Shown here: positions 57,523 through 64,000 of the stretch, piece after piece | How positions within the stretch are numbered: the first letter of the stretch is position 1 | How the letters are laid out: every line of letters starts with the position of its first letter | Assembly (NCBI GenBank): GCA_964016885.1 | Contig: OZ024744.1 | Location: 64,356,001-64,420,000, forward strand | DNA from: Eledone cirrhosa | Lineage: Eukaryota | Direction: 5' to 3' | Length of the DNA: 64,000 nucleotides | Notes under the pieces: generated by a model | Seen by the model: the letters and a program-made list of their open reading frames with translations, nothing else | What the model was told of the DNA's origin: nothing | Database searches by the model: none | Position numbers and translations under genes: made by a program

Positions 57523-58542
57523 TTAAGCACTTGATCCATCTGACTCAATAAGTCTCCTAGTCTGAGAGGTGGAACCAATCTTACTCTCTCCATGAGCACA
57601 TTTACAACCTCTGCTGCTACAGCCATTATAACAGGCTGTACAACACACCAGAGCACACTGAGCTGGCCAATATATGCACAGACAGGGTAAACATAATGAT
57701 AATAATGCCATGCAAGCCCAGCGCTTCAGGCAGTGCGGGCGCTCGCAACCTGCACATGGCTCGTCAGAACACATTCCATCCATAGAATCCTGTTGATAGT
57801 CCTTTGAATAGTGGTAAAAAATTCCTTTAACACAACACACACATGTGCACATATTCACAGCAGATTTGGCACTGATCTCAAACTTTTTGCCACAGAGCCA
57901 CCAGGATGGAAGTTCCCGGTTCTCTCGACATGCAGCGCATTTACATTTTCCACATCTGCTGCATATAACAGAGTCTCCGTGATTGTCGCCATCCACGTTC
58001 TCCGATCCATTGGGTGTGTTTATATTGACCTTTTTCAAGTTCTGATTTGAAATCGGTTGTTTTGATACAACTTTGCTTACTGCAGGCCTTGTGGTCTGCC
58101 TGCCACCAGGAAAACCAGCAATGTTAGCACTCCCGCCAGAACTGCCACCGGTCACTCTAATATTCACACCACTGACAGTTGAAGTGTTGTTGCTGTTTGA
58201 GCTATTTGTAAATCTCTGTGGCTGTGGTGAATGACTTTCTGCTACTGTGCGAGGCTTTTTATTTTGTAATGATTTCACAACAGGCACAGTAGCAGGGGCT
58301 GTAGACGGTGAAGGAGGTAGTTTGTTTGTTGGCAGGGTTGAGTCCACATATTCATTTTGTAGTCTTGGCCCAGTTCGCAAGTGTGTCAAACTGAATACCT
58401 GTCTGCTAGGGATGCTTGCTGTTGGGGGTTGATGTACCTGGTCAGGCAAGCCAATACCAGGCCTCGCTGTAACATGGGAAGAGGAAGATGTACTGTTGTT
58501 CTGGTTGGTTGTTCGCTGACCAGATCCAGATGAAGCCATCAT
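57523..58542 (-). CDS. spry: Sprouty family RTK/ERK-signalling feedback inhibitor, about 339 aa, one coding exon
   Basis: The ORF contains VFSLTHLRTGPRLQNEYVDS, matching the Sprouty N-terminal Tyr motif (vertebrate NEYTEGP; Tyr codon 58348-58350). It ends in a Cys-rich SPR domain (ICSRCGKCKC...CTCVCCVKGIFYH...RWACMALLSLCLPCLCIYWP...GCKC). The track's start at 58560 is TTG inside a splice acceptor; the first ATGs are at 58542 and 58539. Confidence 0.93.
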   Translation of the reverse strand: MMASSGSGQRTTNQNNSTSSSSHVTARPGIGLPDQVHQPPTASIPSRQVFSLTHLRTGPRLQNEYVDSTLPTNKLPPSPSTAPATVPVVKSLQNKKPRTVAESHSPQPQRFTNSSNSNNTSTVSGVNIRVTGGSSGGSANIAGFPGGRQTTRPAVSKVVSKQPISNQNLKKVNINTPNGSENVDGDNHGDSVICSRCGKCKCAACRENRELPSWWLCGKKFEISAKSAVNMCTCVCCVKGIFYHYSKDYQQDSMDGMCSDEPCAGCERPHCLKRWACMALLSLCLPCLCIYWPAQCALVCCTACYNGCSSRGCKCAHGESKIGSTSQTRRLIESDGSSA

Positions 58543-58554
58543 GGAAGAATTTGA

Positions 58555-58580
58555 CTGCAAATAGAAAAGAAAGGGAATGA
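58555..58580 (-). promoter_or_regulatory. 3' splice acceptor (polypyrimidine tract plus TTGCAG) of the Sprouty coding exon
   Basis: The minus strand reads TCATTCCCTTTCTTTTCTATTTGCAG|TCAAATTCTTCCATGATGG. The AG is at 58556-58555, 12 nt before the first ATG. Confidence 0.8.
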
Positions 58581-58626
58581 TTACAAATTATACTGTTACC
58601 AACACCAACATAAACAATAATTAATG

Positions 58627-58835
58627 GTTGCTGATTGAGGCACAAGGCCAACAATTTGGGAAGGAGGGGAAAGTCGATTAAATCGACCCCAGTGTGTTTT
58701 CTGGTAATTTATTTTATCAGCACCGTAAGGATGAAAGGCAAAAGCTAACCTCAGTGGGATTTGAACTCAGAACACAAAAAGTCGTAACTAAGTGATGTAA
58801 AGTGTTTTGTCTGTTACTCTACTGATTCTATCAAT
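58627..58835 (-). mobile_element. SINE family A copy in the Sprouty intron, about 70 bp from the acceptor
   Basis: Family consensus with TSD AATAATTAATG at 58616-58626 and 58836-58846. Confidence 0.78.
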
Positions 58836-59194
58836 AATAATTAATGTTAACAGTTCATTGATATGAAAAATCTGTACCACACTTACATTATGTGAAAGAC
58901 ATAATATTTCATTTTTGCATACCTGTCCAACACATGGATTGAAAAGTAAAGGACTCAGTTATGAGATTTCATGGTGTGAAGTGATAGAAAGCAAGTCATT
59001 CACAAGTAAATACGTATTAGATATTCTTTGAATCAAATGTCAATTAAGGTTAAATATAGCCAAGCAAAAGTTTCATTACTGATCATCTGTCAGATAAACA
59101 TTAATGACCACAATAAGTAATTAAAAGTTAAAGTTCAAGTCTGTCCCAGGTCTGGAGGCTCATCAGGATAGTGCTTATTCCAGTTTCATTGGTA

Positions 59195-59310
59195 TTGACC
59201 TTCTGGGCACTCTAGGCCCCTTGTGTCGCCGATAGAGTTATCTCCCCTAAATACATAATGCAGTATCAAGGGAAGCAATTCATAAAAATATTCAGCATGC
59301 TAAAGATTAA
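59195..59310. mobile_element. TTAA MITE family 2, inverted copy inserted into a V-SINE-like fragment
   Basis: The reverse complement aligns end to end with 19154-19270. Its flanks (59150-59194, 59311-59455) join into a SINE body with CCCTGGACAGGATGCTAGTCCAT and GGACTGGAGCAA. Confidence 0.68.
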
Positions 59311-59665
59311 GTGACTGAGAGAACAAGACTTTCCCTGGACAGGATGCTAGTCCATTACAAGGTTAATAATCCCCAGACACTACTGGTACACATTTTCAGT
59401 TAATTGGACTGGAGCAACTGAAAAGTTTTGTTCAAAAACACCAAATATTACTCAGTCCAAAAATCACATTACATAAACAATCAGTAGAGTATTCTCAAAA
59501 TAGGAGCACTGTTCAAGAGCTGATTGTTTTTGTGTTTCGGAAACTGCTTGAGGTTGAAATAAGGAGCCAAATGTGTTCAAAACAAATTTGGCAATGTTAA
59601 GGAAACATGGTTCTGAAGAACATTATCACAGACCTCTACTAGTTATATGACAGACAATTCTCTGT

Positions 59666-59764
59666 AGAGTGGTGGGTGGAATAACAATTCAATCCACCAC
59701 TATTGTAGAACCAGGAGCAGTTTCAGGCAATTTGATGTGGAATAACAATTCCACCCACCACTCT
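59666..59764. repeat. 17-bp perfect inverted repeat enclosing two direct-repeated imperfect palindromes
   Basis: AGAGTGGTGGGTGGAAT (59666-59682) / ATTCCACCCACCACTCT (59748-59764). GTGGAATAACAATTC occurs twice. Confidence 0.75.
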
Positions 59765-61797
59765 CTCAAGTTTTAATATTTATAGTTCGGTACTACTAAA
59801 TTACTAAACCTCCAAGGTATAGGAAAAAATCAAAAAAAAAAAATCAGCTCACCGGCAAGAAGGTCTAGACTGTCGGATCAAAATAAAAGGTTGATGCAGA
59901 GATAATAGATACTTGGGGAACTCCTGCGTTGTAAAGGCAGGTGTTAACAGATGACAAAAGGTCAGCAGATAGACTTAATCCAAGCTTACAACTCAAATCT
60001 TAGAAAAACATAACTAAGCTATGAACTAAGTGTGCAGGTTACCTGGGAAGCTAACGAGGCTAATTTATTCATTGAGAAACCATTAATATATTTCTAAATT
60101 ATATAGAGATGATAGGTCACTCTAACCAAAATGAGATACGTGCCAATTTGTGAAAGTGTATAAAGGAGATTTTATACCAGTTTGTAAATAATTTTTTTTT
60201 ATGTTGCTCCTAATAGTAATTGGGTTACTAGCCAGAGAAGTGAAAATCTTATAGGTGTTGCCTCTTATGAACATAAAAACTTCTTTTTTTTTTAAATCAC
60301 AGCCAAAAAGAAAAACCATCATATGGTTCTGCTAGAGATAGCAGCCAGACCTCTCTCTAATTAGACTATAAATAAGGAAAAGAAACATCATATAATGTAG
60401 TCAAACACACCCCTAAAAATACAAGATAGTCCTCACTGAAATGCTTTTAATCAAGGGTCTGCTTAATCTGGATTTGTCTAGGGCTAAATAACAACTCTGA
60501 TCTAACTAGAATGTAAGTACGTAGTGGGGTGTTGCTATTCACCACAGGAAAATAGTTATAAAAAAGGTTTAGTAATTATTTCTTTATACAAGTTACAAAT
60601 CATAACCATGACAACTACAAGTTCACCCCATTTCTGAAGTGAATAGATTACGAGATACCTTTATTGTTCTTTGAAGATCAAACATAACTTTCTTTAGTGG
60701 GACATGTGTTGGGTGGAGAGTAAATACAAGGTTATCTTTTGTTTTTTCATTATTTATTATAAACTGCTCTATGTTTTTCCTGATCATCATAAGGAACATT
60801 AATATATATATATAAATAAATATATATTATCTACACATATAATATATATGTCACTTTATGTTATAAGAGATTATATCTTTACAGTAAGTTGACCTGAGTG
60901 GTTTACAAACAAGCATTGTAAATTGAATGAAAGGTAAGGCAGAGTATTCTGTAGAGTACAGAATAACTTCACAGTTGACTGATTGAGAAAACAACAACAA
61001 AAATAACAAAAACAAAAAAAAAGAAGAAAACAGAAACAGGGGAAGGGGTGCATTTCAAATTTCCTGACTCAGCAATCCATGGAAGAATGAATAAATATGT
61101 TAAAAAGAAATTGGTGTCTAGCAAGTTTTTATTTTGTTGACATGTTTTATCATTGAAAAACATGTAGTAATGAAAATGAGAACTAGCACTATTTGTGTGT
61201 GAGTGTGTGGAGAGGGGTGTGGTGTGTGTGTGTGTATGGGGGGGGGGAGTAGAAGGAAAGAAAGAAAAAAACAACAACAAAAAGAAGAAGCCAAACAACA
61301 TTGTAAAATTAAAAACATCAGTGTTTGCCAATTGTGAGAATCTGTTGTCACATACATAAGTATGACAAAACCAATCTGCAAGACATTTGGAATTCTAGCA
61401 TAGCTAGATTAGCAAAAAATTTTGGGAGGAGACCCTCATATTTTACTGTCTTTTTTTTTTTTTTTCACTCTCCTGCTAAAAATATATTGCTGTTGCACGA
61501 TGAACCTTTCTGATTGCTGATGTATTGTTCCATCTGACATACAATTACTGTATATACTCGAACATAAGCACCCAGCCACTATTTTATGTCTGAGAAATAT
61601 AAAAAAAACAACAACAACAAACCCTGTTTATAAACCGAGGCAGCTTATCAACATATTGTTTAGATGGTGTGTATAAGTCCATCTACCATTTTACCATTAA
61701 TGTTTTGGTCACATATTTCTCAGTTTATATTCAAATATATCCGGTAAACAAGTAAGTAAAGATTTTATCCCTTTCAAAACCATATGCTTCATTAGAC

Positions 61798-61967
61798 CAG
61801 TGGTTCCCAAAGTGGGTTCCGCAAAGGAGTGTCTGGGGTTCCATGAAAAAAGGTAGAGGAGTATATTTATATTAAGACCATATAACAGTATTAGACTTTG
61901 GGGTTTCCCAAAAAGTTTCTGAACCAAAAAGGGTTCCGCATTTGAAAAAGTTTGGGAAACCCACACT
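61798..61967. mobile_element. hAT-Charlie-like MITE
   Basis: Termini CAGTGGTTCCCAAA ... TTTGGGAAACCCAC, with internal GGGTTCC repeats. Confidence 0.6.
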
Positions 61968-62019
61968 AGCTATTGTACGGGTCTTCAATCATTTTAATCA
62001 AATCAAGATTACCCAGAAA

Positions 62020-62240
62020 GTTGTGCCATATTTTTAAAGAGTTTCTAAATAATTTATGGCATTTGGATAGAATGGATCTCTGTCGGTTTTGATGATGAGT
62101 GGTTCCAGTTATTCAGTAAACAGAACAGCCTACTCATGAAATTAATGTGTAGGTGACTGAGCATTTCCGGTATATATACCCTTAACCTAGTTCTCAGGGA
62201 GATTCAGTATGACAAAGCTAGCCCTTTGAATAACATGTAC
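62020..62240 (-). mobile_element. Decayed SINE body fragment
   Basis: GCCTACTCATGAAATTAATGTG...ACCCTTAACCTAGTTCTCAGGGAGATTCAG, which I recall as a common octopus SINE body. Only one copy occurs in the window. Confidence 0.45.
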
Positions 62241-62561
62241 AGTCTATCTGTTAGGCTTCCAAACAGTTAGTTGCAGTGAACGGTTTACAATAAAGCATTC
62301 AGTAATTTCCATGCCATACCACTTACATAAGAATCAAATCATCAAGATCTAAAGTGGTCACTTGACCTGCTTGAAATAGCAGCCACATCCCTATCACTCT
62401 TTCTCTATCTCTCTTAATCTATTTCATACCAAACCATATGGAAGTAGTCTTGGTTTTATAATACATAATTATGTTTGTTTGAAAGTGTTTATATTTATCT
62501 AAAAAAACCCTCAGTCATATCCTACTTTAAAAAAAAAAGGTACATCTTTTTCGCCTACTTA

Positions 62562-62720
62562 TTACTGAGAAGGAGGTGGGGGAAGAGTTTTCAAACAGTC
62601 CTTCCAGAGGGTCCTGTCAGAAGCAGCCGTCTCCAACTGATCTGGCTGGATCCCTAAGCGTGACCAGCCAAGCTCATGGATGATATCCAACCATCTTGCT
62701 TGGGGTCTGCCCCTGGGTCT
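62562..62720 (-). mobile_element. C-terminal fragment of a Rex3/Expander-type RTE LINE
   Basis: RPRGRPQARWLDIIHELGWSRLGIQPDQLETAASDRTLWKDCLKTLPPPPS*. Confidence 0.65.
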
Positions 62721-62825
62721 AAGGCACATCACATTGGAAAATATGTTTCCAGATATGTTTGTCAAAAAGAAAAACAAAACAAAATAAGGTGATTACAACT
62801 GGAATACCTTTCATAACAAGCCTTC

Positions 62826-63049
62826 TTAACCCTTTGTCATTTACTCTATATTTACTATTGTATTTTCACTGTAAAGGCTTTACCTCACATAATTACTTCA
62901 CACATTATCGAATCAATGAGATTTTGTTATTATATATTTTGAGAACAACACCTTAAAGTCTGTATGAGTAGCCAGTTATGGCCGGTTTGAACAGGAAGAG
63001 GTGAGAAAATTCTGGCCAGATATGGCCGATTTAAATGCTAAAGGATTAA
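62826..63049. mobile_element. TTAA MITE family 1, copy 7
   Basis: TTAACCCTTTGTCATTTA ... TAAATGCTAAAGGATTAA. Confidence 0.8.
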
Positions 63050-64000
63050 ACAAAATAGACTTGGGACTAAACAACCACAACTGTCTTTGTTGTCAACTTA
63101 CTAATGAATGAGACTCAATGAAAGACTCCATGGGATTGGAAGACTGCATCTATAATGCCAGTGTATTCATTACTCTAATAATTAGTAATCAGGGTAAGTA
63201 TATGCAAAGGAAAACTAGAAAAGCATTGAGTTGATCAAGAAGAACTAGAACTGAATGAAATTGTTTACAATAATGTAGATAAAGGTATTAAGATATAACA
63301 CATATTCAATTTACCTCTTTAATAACAACCCACCTAAAACCGTCCTTGGTTTTATGATGCAAAGCTGCTCGTGTTAGTTAAGGCGTTTGTAAAGTGGTCA
63401 TGTAGGAGTCATGACAAAAAGCACCCAGCACACACTGTAAAGTGGTCATGTAGGAGTCACGACAAAAAGCACCCAGCACACACTGTAAAGTTGTTGTGTA
63501 GGTGTCACGACAAAAAGCACCCAGCCCACACTGTAAATGTGGTTGGTGTTAGGAAGGGCATCCAGCAGTAGGAACCAAGCCAGAAATAGTTCTATATGAG
63601 CAAGACGGTCATCTGACCCAACTTGCCTCTAATGGGACAACCCATCTAACCTATGCTAGTAGAGAAAATGGACATATGATGATGATAAATATCTTTCATT
63701 ATAAATTTTATATTAAAACCTTTGTAAAGCTATTTATCCTCCTCCAAACAGCAATGTATAGAGAAGAACAGAGTAAAGCAATAAAAAGCGGACGTAAAAT
63801 GATGATGATAATGTGTCACATGAAAATAAAGATTTTTTTTTTCATTTCCTTTTATAGAAGAATAATTTAAAATATTATGTTGGATTGAAACCCAATCTAA
63901 TGAAAACTTAATACAGGATTTACTCAACTACAGAAAAGGAAAGGAAATGTAAACATTTTAATTTCCTATAAGGTAATTAAATAACTAATGATTCAATCCA

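Noticed and set aside
58543-58560. N-terminal MQSNSS of the 345-aa ORF
   Set aside because: The start is a TTG inside the splice acceptor, not a eukaryotic initiation codon.
61546-61690. Tc2/pogo-like terminus TACTGTATATACTCGAACATAAG
   Set aside because: No convincing matching right end in the window.
63390-63540. CRISPR-like regular repeats (also 9070-9240 and 44421-44790)
   Set aside because: The units are contiguous with no unique spacers, there are no cas genes, and the context is a eukaryotic LINE UTR or minisatellite.

Overview
Animal genomic DNA, AT-rich and dominated by repeats. The SINE families and dense (TA)n/(CA)n/(CAT)n microsatellites point to an octopod cephalopod (inference, no database search). 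The only host gene I can support is a Sprouty homolog on the minus strand (57523-58542), with the NEYVD tyrosine motif and the Cys-rich SPR domain in one exon behind a splice acceptor. The rest is mobile DNA and simple repeats: a near full-length but disrupted RTE LINE (3634-7859) with a PHD-type finger inserted in its reverse transcriptase, many RTE fragments and 3' tails next to (TA)n, a bipartite non-autonomous RTE with a C2H2 finger, a CR1 fragment, a Penelope-like GIY-YIG relic with a related hammerhead-like motif, at least three tRNA-SINE families, TTAA-, hAT- and Tc1/mariner-type MITEs, foldback elements and a 4.4 kb compound (TA) microsatellite. Most ORFs in the supplied track are microsatellite or antisense artefacts.
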